Below, in pieces: positions 35,233 to 47,223 of a DNA stretch of 47,223 bases. How positions within the stretch are numbered: the first letter of the stretch is position 1; each line of letters opens with the position of its first letter. The notes under the pieces are model-generated. The model was not told the origin of the DNA. It was given only the letters and a program-made list of their open reading frames with translations, and ran no database searches. This DNA comes from Octopus bimaculoides (taxonomy: Eukaryota): assembly GCF_001194135.2 (NCBI RefSeq), contig NC_068982.1, positions 108,105,348 through 108,152,570 on the forward strand. Reading direction: 5' to 3'. A program made the translations under genes and the position numbers.

Positions 35233-36640
35233 TACCTGGTGTAAGCAGAAACTCCATATGATGTACCTGGTGTAAGCTATGGACACATAAAAGGTGCAGC
35301 AATATCAAAGGAAGGTTAACCAGGAAAATAGTTTTTGTAAGTGGCAGATGCACTGGGGCAATAAACACTGAAGATGTACAGAAAACAGATTCCATCACAT
35401 GCCAGGAGGATAAACTAGAAATAGTTAATAGCATTTGCTACCTAGGCAACCAAGTCTGTAGTGGGGATGGTTGCTCTGAGAGTGTAGCGACAAGAGTAAG
35501 AATAGCCTGGGCAAAGTTCAGGGAGCTCCTACCTCTGCTGTCTACTAAAGGCCTCTTGCTCATGGTAAAACGTAGACTGTATGATGCATGTGTGCGAACT
35601 GCCATGCTACACAGCAGTGAAACATGGGCCATGAATGCTGAGGACATGCGTAGGCTTGAAAGAAATGAAGCTAGTATGATCCACTGGATGTATAATGTCA
35701 ATGTGCATACACGACAGAGTGTAAGTGCCCCGAGAGAAAAGTTGGACATAAGAAGCATCAAATGTGGTGTGCAAGTGAGGCAACTGCGCTGGTATGGCCA
35801 CGTACTACATATGAATGAAGACAGCTGTGTGAGGAAGTGCCACTCCCTAACTGTAGAAGGATCCTGTGGAAGAGGTAGACCCAGGAAGACATGGGATGAG
35901 GTAGTGAAGCATGACCTTTGAACATTGGACTTCACAGAGGCAATGATAGGAGACCGGGACCTTTGAAGATATGCTGTGATTGAGAAGATCCGGCAACTAA
36001 AGTGAGATTGCAGCCACGCACATCCAGCCCTGTTAAGAATACTCCTGATGCATCGAGCAATATGATATGCTTGAGAAGACCTATTGAGTCAAGTGAAACC
36101 AATATTGTAGCTGGGGCCAGTGCCAATGGCACATAAAAAGCACCATCTGAACGTAGTTGATGCAAGGACCGCCTGACTGGCTCCTGTACTGGTGGCCCAT
36201 AAAAAGCACCAACTGATCATGACCGATGCCAGTACCCACTGACTGGCTCCTGTGCCGGTGGCACGTATAAAGCACCATCCAAACTTGTTCGTTGCCAGGC
36301 TCACCCTACTGACTCCGGTGCCAGTGGCACGTAAAAAGCACCAACCCATCATAACTGACGCCAGTACCTCATGACTGGCCCCTGTGCCAATGGAACATAA
36401 AAAGCACCATCCAAATATGATCGTTACCAGGCCCGCCTTACTGGCTCCTGTGCCAGTGACATGTAAAAAGCACCCACTACACTCTCGGAGTAGTTGGCTT
36501 TAGGAAGGGCATCCAGCTGTAGAAACTTTGCCAGACCAGATTGGGGCCTGGTACAGCCGCTGGATCTCCAGACCCCAGTCAAACTGCTCAACTCATGCCA
36601 GCATGGAAAATGGATATTAATCAATGGTGATAATGATGAT
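35233..36640 (+). mobile_element. 5'-truncated RTE LINE: Cys/His finger, RT thumb and C-terminus, 3' UTR with 66-bp tandem array, (GAT)n tail
   Basis: CYLGNQV..RVRIAWAKFRELLPLL..LYDACVRTAMLHSSETW..RRLERNE..LRWYGHV..GRGRPRKTWDEVVKHDL* (to about 35921), then UTR and tail. Confidence 0.92.
36110..36474 (+). repeat. Six-copy 66-bp tandem array with alternating A/B spacers (132-bp higher-order unit)
   Basis: The AAAAAGCACC core starts at 36135, 36201, 36267, 36333, 36399 and 36465 (one mismatch at 36267). Confidence 0.92.
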
Positions 36641-36857
36641 ATATATATATGTCGACACATATACATAAACACACGTATATATATAATAAATTCATACTGA
36701 TATACACATACATATATATATACATATACTTTTACCCCCACACACACGTGTATAGATATGCATATAAGCATAGGTACATGCACATGGATGAGTATATAAG
36801 TGCATACACATATACATATATTAATATATGTACACCCATGTTCTCCCACTCACACAC

Positions 36858-37200
36858 ACTATACAGGGACAATGCCCTTTACCTAATCAAAACCTGTACT
36901 AAAGTAGAAATAGAAAGATATAGAAAAAAATTCCATAAATTATTTAGAAATTTCGGCCTTTCTATAACCATAGACTGTCATTATCGTAAAGTAAGCTTCC
37001 TAAACGCAACCTTTAACTTAGAAACAGGCCTGTACGAACCATACCACAAGCCAAAAAAGTGCCTAAGATACATAAATGTAAAGTCCAATCATCCACCATC
37101 CATAATCAAAGGAATAGTTAAGAACATAGCCACCAGAATATCATGACTATCAGCTACAGAAGAAATATTTACACACATGCACTACAATGAAGCACTTGTG
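36858..37200 (+). mobile_element. Penelope-like element RT fragment
   Basis: LYRDN(D)AL..VSFLNATFNLETGLYEPYHKP..YINVKSNHPPSIIKGIVKNIATRIS*LS: the YRDD, FLD.T, Y.KP and SNHPP motifs of Penelope RTs. Confidence 0.8.
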
Positions 37201-37758
37201 TTGAAACACATAACTGTTCAACCGTACTCCTTGTTGACTTCAATTTATTCAATTTTACATTCACACATGACAAATGCTCAAACTTAAACTTGGAAGTATA
37301 TATAATAATATTACCAGATAGTAGTGGGCAATTCTGAAGGTGGACAAGCTTTATACTGTTCTCTACCACATTCCTAATGGTATATACCATAACTATTTAT
37401 ATNNNNNNNNNNATATATTAATATTGAACAGTCAGAATGAGTACTCAATACTGTATTGGGGGATAAATATTTGTGGGTTAACAAGGAAACCAATGGTTTC
37501 CAGTGAAGTGATCGCAATTGTTGAAGCATGCCACATGAAAGTGTTGGTGCTTGTCTCCATTTCGGATAGGGATATATGAAGCTACACATAAATACTTCGA
37601 TCACGGAAAGTGACTTATAAGAATATTTTGATTGTTATCTCCCTTGCATTAGCCCTGGATTTTTGCAAGAAATGGTATCCACCATAGATTAATTAATTAC
37701 CTTATTATCTTATATGAGAATACTCATGCATACACATATTTATAAGTATATATATATG

Positions 37759-37836
<78 letters not shown>

Positions 37837-37899
37837 ATAAAAAAAAATATAAACATAAAAATACACACACAGACACACATACATTTTGAAAAACAAATA

Positions 37900-39940
37900 C
37901 AAATAGACCAAATCTTCATGGCTAAACGTATAAGTCTTCTTTGACCAAATGGTGACTACAGTGAAGCATATATACAATCTTATCCCCCAGAAGTTCGGCT
38001 TTATGCACAGGCTAAAAAAATTGTGTAACTCCAAATACTCAGAGTTAGATTTTCCCACAAAACATTTAAATGAGCAAGCAAAATATATCATAAGATGTAA
38101 CTTGATACAAAGCAGGCTGGCATTATAAAGCCAGCCATTGAAGATAATCATTCCACTTCCACTGATGGACAGACAGAACAGTCAGCTAAGTCTAGCAGTA
38201 AACAATACTCTAACAATTTAGCTGAAATTCATAACTATACTGTACAAACAGAAGAACACCAAAAACTTGTGGACATCTTACAAGTAATCTGGGATATGTT
38301 TCAACAGGTCCACAACCTTAATTTGAATGACAGGTCATACAACACCAGAATTAGTAAAGAACCCAGTAAATTAGAATTAGAGGCAGTAAACAAAATAGCA
38401 AACAAATATCTGAAGACCACACAGTCTAGAGGAGGTATGAAAACAACCTATGAAATCATTAACTTTTGATATATGTCTCAGTTATTACATTATTAGCATA
38501 TCACAAAAAGCTGAAGCCATGCAATCTAGATTGAAGCAGAAAGCTTGAACCAGCACAGGTACATAACTTAAAAATAAAATTTTTAATTTTGCACAAAAGT
38601 ATCTCACAGGTCGTTGTAGTTATGAAATGTAACACAAACAACAACACACATGGAAAGACTTCAGGAAAAAAAAACTAGAGAGGCTGTTTGGTAGTAACCT
38701 AAACTCCAAACTGCACCAGCTACAAAACAGCTGAAAAGCTAAAATATAGAATGAGAGCTTATACATGACAAATGTTCAATAAATTATTTGCCAGAGATCC
38801 CAAATCAGTTTATCACAGCTTTAATGCAAAAGGCTCAATCTCTGTAAAAGACACACCTACAAAAGATCAGGTTGAGAGCTACTGGAGATCTGCATGAGAA
38901 ACAAATGGAGTTCAACAAACAAACTATGTGGCTAAAAGAACTGGAACACAACTGCCAGCATAAGCTATATAAAATAGATGGTAAAATACTGTAAACAGTT
39001 CTACAGGACATGTCAAACAGGAAATTTCCAAACCCAAATCTCATAACAGGCTACTGGCTGAAGAATTTCACCTTTTATTGGCAAGATCTCATATGGCTGT
39101 ATGGAGAAAGTATCAAGGGCAAACAAGAACTGCCCCCATGGTTATCAACTGCAACTACCCTCATCCCCCCAAATAGCCAAACCACCCTTGTTAAAATTTA
39201 ATGCCCCATAGCCTGCCAGAACCTCATGTACAAACTATACACTAGATACCTCAATCTGTTCTTGTAGGGTCACTGTGCCACCAACATTAGAATACCTGAG
39301 CAAACTGGAGGAAAGAAGGTGTGGAGCTGCATACAGCAGCTACTAATTAACAAAATGATCCAGGAAAAAAAACAATAAAAAATAGCAGGAACTTAACTGT
39401 AGCATGGTTACACTACAAGAAGGCTTTTGATAGTATACCACATGGGTGGATTATACAGTTAGCTAAAGTCCGACAATCACTAGCGAGTGCTATTGAACAC
39501 CTGACCAAATTGAGTCAGCATTCACTAAGAAAAAAGCATCTTTCAGGGTGATAGCCTATTAGTGTGGCTCTTGATCCTTTCATTAAACCCACTATTATGC
39601 CTACTTACAGAACATACTAGCCATAGAAATGGATCCAGAAATATCTCCCATCTTTTCTTTGACTTGACCTGTATGGGCCAAATATCAATGACCTGAACTG
39701 TATGGGCCAAATATCAACCACATAAAAAAAACAAGTGGACCTCATTACCCAATTTTTTACAGACATTGGAATGAAATTTAGTGAAACAAAATATGCATTT
39801 ATGACAATAAAAAGTGGAAAAGTTGTGCTTACTTCTGAAAACCTAAAGACAAATGGCTTGACAATAAAACCTCTAGTCAGATGACAATTATAGGTATCTT
39901 GGACAAGATGAGAATGTTTGATATGATGGCTCCATAACTT
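37900..39940 (+). mobile_element. Decayed R4/Dong-like RT-bearing retrotransposon
   Basis: LNEQAKYI; NPNLITGYWLKNF; PIACQNLMYKLYT; IQQLLINKMI; LTVAWLHYKKAFDSIPHGWI; IFQGDSL; DIGMKFS..; YRYLGQDEN. Many stops. Confidence 0.8.
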
Positions 39941-40104
39941 TCTCTTTACTAACACAATAAATAAATAAATAAATGCTATTCAGGTGATTGATGAACTGTT
40001 CCCACAACAGTTCCTGTTCCTAAGAACTAATAGATTTGCTCAACTTTAATTCAATTCACATCCACTTCTCTTAATTTTCCTATTGAGTTTTCTCCTACAA
40101 ACTC

Positions 40105-40300
40105 TATATTAAACTTTTAGCATTTAATCTGGCCATATTCAGTTCAAATATTTCACTTGTTTATGTTCAAATCAGCCAGATCCAGCCTCTCACACGTACC
40201 CTTCAATGTCATTCTAGAAATAAATGATCATATCAAATTCTCAAAGTTCTGATATAATGGGTGATTAATTCAAAACAATGGGAATAAATAAGCACTACAA
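40105..40300 (-). mobile_element. MITE-like repeat, inverted relative to 21590-21800
   Basis: Reverse complement shares the blocks listed for the 21.6 kb copy. Confidence 0.6.
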
Positions 40301-43299
40301 CTGGCTGAGTTATCTGAGTTTTCACAATTACTCTTTTGCTTGTTTCAGTCATTTGACTGCGACCATGCTGGAGCACCGCCAATTGTTCATTATAATACCG
40401 AAGATCTTCTCAGTCTATATCTTCCTTACAATTGTCCAACAAATAAGAAACAACAGCCAAATTTCTCTCAAGTTACTAACAAAGCCTCTACAAGGTCACT
40501 GTGCTTGTTACAAAAAGCAACCAAATCTCCCTCAAAAATGAACCAAAGGAGCTTCTGCATGTTAGCTGGACATGTTCAAGTGTCTTCTACCATACCCTTT
40601 GGTTCACATAACCTTGTGAGTGACATTTGGTAGATAGAAACCACACAAAGCTTTGTTACAAGGATGTTTCTTTTTCTTGGGTTGTAGGCATAATTAATCT
40701 ATTGCCAATTTACGACTACCTGGCCTCTGACAATATTATATTTGAGTAAGTGAAGTACTGAACTCAGCATTCTGCTAACTAGTTACTGCTACACATTTAA
40801 ATTTGAATTATTGAGTTTTATAATGTCCAGTTTGTATTGAAGGTATAATTCTAGACAGTATGTTATAAAATATGATTTGGAACATGTGGTTCTAGCACCT
40901 AATCCAACAGAGATGAGGCTACTACATAAGCAAGCAACATAATTTATGTGAAAAGGCCTCCTAAGATACTGGTTTCTGGTAACAAAATAGTTTACAACTC
41001 TTGTATTCAGATTTTTAATGACTTAACCTGTATAGTCAATGCATAAAGTCAGTCAATTCACACAATATTTCAAATATATTACTCCCATTTTATTAAAATA
41101 TAAAGATAATACTGAATAGAAATATGCAAATAAAATTAGCAATTAGACAAATGGGATAAACTAATGACTGAAACACAAACCCTGGCAATTATTTCACAAT
41201 ATACAAACACTGAAATTACAATATATGATAATTTAACACTATGTCAACACTAACCATGATCCTAACCCAATTTTGTTGAGATAGAGAAGTACAAATAAAC
41301 AAGAACTCTTTAGATATGTTATGCAGTAAAGAAGAATATGTAGCTTACTGTCATACTTTAATTTCTTTACTTCCATCTTGTCTTTTTTGTTTTTTTAACC
41401 CAATCTCTCATACACATTAAGTTTTAAAATTTCATTCAGTTAGGAATATCTATAAATAAGGAACCAATATGACATTATCTCAAAGCAAAGGCTTTCAGGT
41501 CAAATTTAGTCTGCAACCTCATTTCATCCAGCCCACCAATTTTATTGAATATATGACACTGCAAACGAAATTTTGTTTTCTTTATCGTTTGCTGACAAAC
41601 AACGAAAAAGGATTCTTTCATTTGGTAAAATTATCAAAGTTCCTTCTGCTTAAAAGCAGCAAATGTTTTTACCTTCCTAAATGAACAGAACTACAGTGCA
41701 ATATATCATACACAATTCATTCTAAGAAAGGAAAATGACCAAAAAAATGTTTGTTTGTAGAGGCAAGCGAGTAAACTGGCTCAAGTCACTTTTACCTCAA
41801 AGTTGTAATCATTCTCACTCAGCCTAATTAAAATTTAGTCCTCCATTGCATGTTGTATTACACATAGCACATACAAATTTTTACATCGTTAAATGTTTAC
41901 TGGTTTCTTCATTTAGAACAGGCAATTTTTTTAAAAAATTAAATAGAAGCTGTCTTTTTAGCCTTGCATAATCATTTCATTTTTTTACGCATTTTGGATA
42001 GAAAGATAAAGAAACATCTTCAGTCTGATCTGTCCAAAGAAAAGTTTGCCAATAACTACCTCAGAAGTATAAGAATATGGTATCTACGAGACAGTGTCCT
42101 AAAATAATAAACTATGATATGCTAACAATTAGATGTTGAAACATCTTTTGAAGACCTAATAAAAAAATTGCTCATTATAAAATTTACTGGGTTTTGTGTA
42201 GCAGCAATAAAAGAATTGACAGAAATAATTTTTTGCCTATCATGTTAGACTTTGACATCTCTCTGTAGTTAATAATAATTTATCAAATGCCTATAGCCTC
42301 GCTTCCCATAAATATTAGCACCATGCCTAGTTAAATGAAATCAATGTGAAAATAATTCAAGGAAGTGTGTGCTAAAAATCATTGAACATGTAACCAAGAA
42401 ATAAATATCAGCGAAAAGAAAAATCCCAATAAAAATTTTACAATGAACCAAAATTTGTTTATATCATTTAAAATGAAAAGACATCAAACCTGGATAAAAT
42501 GCACAATTTACACAATATAATATTCTATTATTGAAAGTTACAAGTCTTAAATATTTAATTCTTAGAAAAGGAAAAAAATTTAAAAATAAGAAAAGATTCT
42601 TATTTTCTGCCTATTTAAGAGATTATAACAGAAACAGCTCATATTATGTAGTTTAAAATCATTTAAATAATACCTATCACTTTCCATCAAAATAAAATAA
42701 GATTAATGTTACATTGACATGAAATGTTAGGAGACTAAAAGAATGATTACAAATATTTAGACTTTATTCACAGTAATTTTAACTGTTCTCACGGAAGTTC
42801 CTTACTTTTAAAGGAAATGTTGCCAACCACAAATAAAAGAAGCTTGGGAAAAAAGATTCTACACTACTTTGTAGTCTCAATGCCACTGAAATAGTCACTA
42901 TGTAGAAGAAACTTGATCTGCCAAGATGTATTAAAACTAGACAATTTTCAGATGATACCATAGCTCATGTTGAAAAGTTCTACTTAACCTTGGCTTAGCT
43001 TCTTATATTCTGATATGGGTGTGGTTTGTGTTATAGTGAAGCAGAATTATTTCATAAGTCTATTTACACATACTATTTAGCTTACACATTTCAACTTCCA
43101 GAACAAAGTTTTTTGGTTTTTATTTTCCTTTTCTTTATAAATCAATGGAAATGATATTTAGAGCAAATAGCTTTAATTAAAGATTTCATTAAACTCTATT
43201 TAGTTAAGATAAATCATACAAAAGGTTAGATCTATGACAGTGACGCATCTGCTTCACAATTAATGAACATATTTCATTATCAAAAAACAAAAACAAAAA

Positions 43300-43337
<38 letters not shown>

Positions 43338-44312
43338 AGTCATTGATTGTTTAATAGATGAAGTAACTCGCATCAATTAATGAAATATTTAAACACAAGA
43401 CAAAAATGATAAAAAAACATCTACTGAGTCATCAGCTAGAAGTGATTCATAAAAACTAATTTGTAATTCAGACCAGATAGCAGCTACGGCATAATACATA
43501 AGAAATAATCATTTTATGTCCATTAAATACAGAATGGTGAAAATACAGTTGAGTCATTAATATAAATGTAGATCGATGACCAAACATTTAATTATTACTC
43601 ATCACAAATCACTTATTGGTATCCTTAAATAAAACACAAATTTATGTATTAATTATATTTTTGTTTTAAAAATAAGACCTATCTTTCAAATGTTATTACT
43701 ATGTTATTTATTACCAATCATCATTATTGCATTTTTTTCTTACAATACTCCAAAAATATGAGTAATTAATTACGCAATATTTATCAAACAACCAGAATAG
43801 GAAATTATGAAATGTAAATCTGGTTCATTAAAATCCAAACAGGTAAAAAGAAATTAAGAAAATATACAATTAAATTGTTTAAAATAATAGTATTATTAGT
43901 AGGAACACTGTAATGTCTCTAAAAACTTCAGATTTACTTGTCCTAGGCTTCTAAGGGTTAAAACCAATTGTTTTACTTAATAACAGGGCCTGAAGAAATG
44001 TCACCAAGCCTGATTTGATGACAATTCTGCCAGCTCACTGCCAAAGAAGTCATTATTAATCATTATTATTAATAAAATAATCTCAAAATACAAAGATCAA
44101 CTTTTTGTCCACAAACATGTTCCATTTGACAAACTCTGACTAACAAAATGTTTACTTTGACACAAAGGCCATAAGAAAATTTATATCAATAGACAAATAA
44201 TTATCAGTGAAATTAGAAAATAAAAATAAAGACAACAAATAAAAATATGGCTGATATTGGGGTACTATAGTAATGCCAACATCATTGAAAGTAACAAGCC
44301 AAAGAGTCTATG

Positions 44313-44356
44313 TATGCATGGAAGATGGACGTTAAACAACGATGATGATGATGATG
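44313..44356 (+). mobile_element. Minimal RTE-type tail
   Basis: gcatggaagatggacgttaaacaac(gat)n. Confidence 0.65.
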
Positions 44357-45149
44357 TCCAGTTTTCCATATGAACTGAATACAAGAGTGGAATCAAACAG
44401 CTATTAATCTACAGTGTAAGCATAGCTTTGCTTTACCTTTTAGAGATGTCTACAATATCAGAATATTTGCTTAGCAGATAATACACTAATTTTGGAACAA
44501 ACTATTGAACATGAGAAATGGATATGTTGAAAACATAGTTTTTGCTATACACTAAATTCAGAACAATGAAATATTTCTGTTAGAATGCAAATTATCATTG
44601 CAAGTGTACAATGGCTAAAATGTAATGCTGCTCCCATTGTTAATACCATTGTCCTTTTTGTTAGAGAAATAGCAAATAAGTAGAATCATCATGCTCATCA
44701 TTTTAGCTCAGATTCTGAAGACATAAGAAAATCATTTCAAACTTAATATACTTCCATCACCATTAATAGGTAAAGATCTGCTTTTCCAAACAAGCATAGG
44801 TTGAAAGTCTACACACACACAAAAGAATGTAAATATTCATTTCTTCTAAGTTTAACAAAGAAAAATGAATTTATGTGATAAGGCTCTTAGCAAATAATCT
44901 ATTTTAGGCAAGAAATTTAAAGAAAACATCTGAAATGCTTGTGCAAAATTCAACAGTTTTGCTACATTCCATAACAAATAAATATTAGATGACCTGATTA
45001 ATTGTGAAGGTAATGATAACAAATTCAGATAATTAGTTGATATTTCTAAAAGAAATGTCTCTATTTACAAGAGAGACTCTCCCTCCATATAGAATACAGA
45101 CTTATGTATTAGAAGTATGATACCATATTGTTAATCCAGAGGTCATGCA

Positions 45150-46532
45150 ACAATCATAGAGGAAACAGTTAAAGATTTTGAAGGATGTCTAAAATTAATT
45201 TCAGTGTCAGGTAAAAAGCAAATAGAAGTGCGTTCGCATGGACGATGACTCACTTGCAGTTAGTGATTCTACAAAGAGAGAGGTTTGCAAGTACCACAAT
45301 AAAAGGCTGCTAAATGTAGAGAATGCATGGGGAGAGAGCCTGCCTAATGTGATCCCAACAGAGGGACCAGCTATTCAAATTGATTGTAGCTTCGTAGATA
45401 AAACAATTAAGGATATGAAGACAGTGATAGTTCTTCAAGCCCATCAGGAATTACTGCTAAGATGCTTAAAATATCTGGGGGAATAGTGAAGTTAATCAGG
45501 TTGTCCATGAGGGAGTCGTACCTAATGACTGGTGTAGCAGCTTTATAGTAAAACTATAAAAGTAAAGGTGACACGTTAGATAGAAATAATTACAGAACTA
45601 TCATCAAATTGCTGAAGAAAGTTACGGAAAGGTCATAGCTCAATTAATTAGGAAGAGAGTTAGCCAAGATGAGATGCAGTTTGGTTTTGTGCCGGGAAGA
45701 GATACTACTGATGCTACCCTCAAGGTGAGGTAACTGCAGGAGAGGTATTTAACCAAAAATATACCTCTGTATTTGGCTTTTGTTGACATGAAGAAAGCCT
45801 TTGACAGGGTCCCCCACTCCCTTATCTTCTACCGTTGTCGATAAAAGAGGGCCTCTCCTTCAGAGTGAAAGGCAGATTGTATGATGCCTGTGTGCAAACA
45901 GCTATGCTACATGGTAGTGAGAAATGGGTTGTGACTACTGAAGACATACAGAGGCTTGAAAGAAATGAAACCAACATGCTCTGTTGGATGATTAATGTAA
46001 GTGTGCATGTACAACAGAGTGTAAGTGACTTGAGTGGAAATTTAGGTATAAGAGGCATCAGATGTGGTGTGCAAGAGAGAAGACTGCTGGTATGGATGAG
46101 GATAACTGCATAAAGAAGTGCTGATCAATAATTATGGAAGGAACATGTGGAAGGAGTAGACCCAGGAAAATGTGAGAAAGGATCTTCAGACTTCCTCATT
46201 GAGGAGATGACAAGAGACCAAGACTTCTGATGAAGAAAATTGTGGCCATATATACATACAGGCATGTCCCTCTGTGTGCCAAGAGGTTCCTGTCCTGCAA
46301 GCTCGCAGGTGCTATCATGACATAAAAGTACCTGTGCCAGTGTCATGTAAGATGCACCCATGCCAGTGCCACAAAAGCACCCATACCAGTACCATGTATA
46401 AAGCACCCATGCTGTTGCCATATAAAAAGCACTCAGTACACTCTGCAAAATGGTTGGCATTAGGAAGGGCATCCAGCCATGGAAACCATCCTGTCAAACT
46501 GTTCAACCCTTGCCTACATGGAAAATAGACAT

Positions 46533-46585
<53 letters not shown>
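45150..46585 (+). mobile_element. RTE LINE relic with internal deletion of the RT active-site region, short-period tail array and (GAT)n
   Basis: SGITAKMLKISG; YKSKGDTLDRNNYR; DEMQFGFVPGRDTTDA; LAFVDMKKAFDRVPHSLI joined at about 45827 to LPLSIKEGLSFRVKGRLYDACVQTAMLHGSE; (GAT)n at 46533-46585. Confidence 0.88.
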
Positions 46586-47174
46586 AATTATTGCATGCAA
46601 AAGACATCACAGCAACAGTATGGATAAATAATGTATTGGACAATATTTGTTTAATGAAGAAGTGCTTTGCCTTAGTGATGAAGGGTACATGGGATAGAAG
46701 AGAAATTTGAGATAACCTGAGCAAGAAAAGCTTTATTATATGATGGAGTTACCATAACAAATATTCTGACAAATATCACCACATGCATATATACTATTAT
46801 TATTTTTTCTAAACCACCAGTAATCAAGTGTGATCTAAAGATGATCCAAAGGCTTCAGTAGAAACCTGTTCAGCTGAAAGGCACTTGCTAAAATAAACAT
46901 CAAGGCAATGATGCTCTTCAACAGTGATACCTAACCAATGCCAGCAGAGAAAGGCAAATATTAACATTAAATCAATGATAAAGATTTTAAAAAATGATGC
47001 AAAACATGACCCTGCTTTATACAACTTCTTGTAGGTTATGATTACTTGAAAAGTAAAAGTGAACTCTGAAAATGCTATGCGAATCTTGCATGTGAGAAGC
47101 TTAATTTAATCACACTATTATGTTAATTCAATAAAAAATAAAATCGCATATCAGAAGAATGAATAAATAAATAA

Positions 47175-47223
<49 letters not shown>

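Noticed and set aside
36110-36474. CRISPR array
   Set aside because: The spacers are homologous to each other (A/B alternation), the array sits in a LINE 3' UTR in a eukaryotic intron, and there are no cas genes.
43990-44050. Candidate upstream exon (ttctttggcAG|tgagctggcag)
   Set aside because: It matches the head of the SINE family (gagctggcagaat), so it is better explained as a repeat fragment.

Overview
AT-rich, microsatellite-dense animal genomic DNA with four N gaps. The repeat families look like Octopus (coleoid cephalopod); this is recalled resemblance, not a database result. One protein-coding gene lies on the minus strand: a TCF20/RAI1-family chromatin regulator with a split C2HC knuckle plus PHD (ePHD). 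The ORF track shows only its giant exon. Reading splice sites by hand gives this model in transcription order: 31027-30924 (ATG at 31022), 30100-25109 (4992 nt), 15022-14929 (94 nt), 13473-13424 (50 nt), 8637-8585 (stop at 8592-8590), and a probable non-coding last exon from 2897 to about 570 (AATAAA at 590-585). All junctions are GT-AG and phase-consistent, giving about 1760 aa. At least one further 5' exon and the promoter were not found. The introns are full of decayed elements: RTE, CR1-like and R4/Dong-like LINEs, a Penelope fragment, Tc1/mariner and hAT relics, SINEs and MITEs. I found no tRNA or rRNA genes and no CRISPR array, and I cannot claim a new biological system. The best second-look items are the hidden exons with alternative N- and C-termini, a multi-step templated insertion at 18.8 kb, a 66-bp CRISPR-lookalike array in an RTE 3' UTR, and a PHD-like finger inside the RTE ORF.
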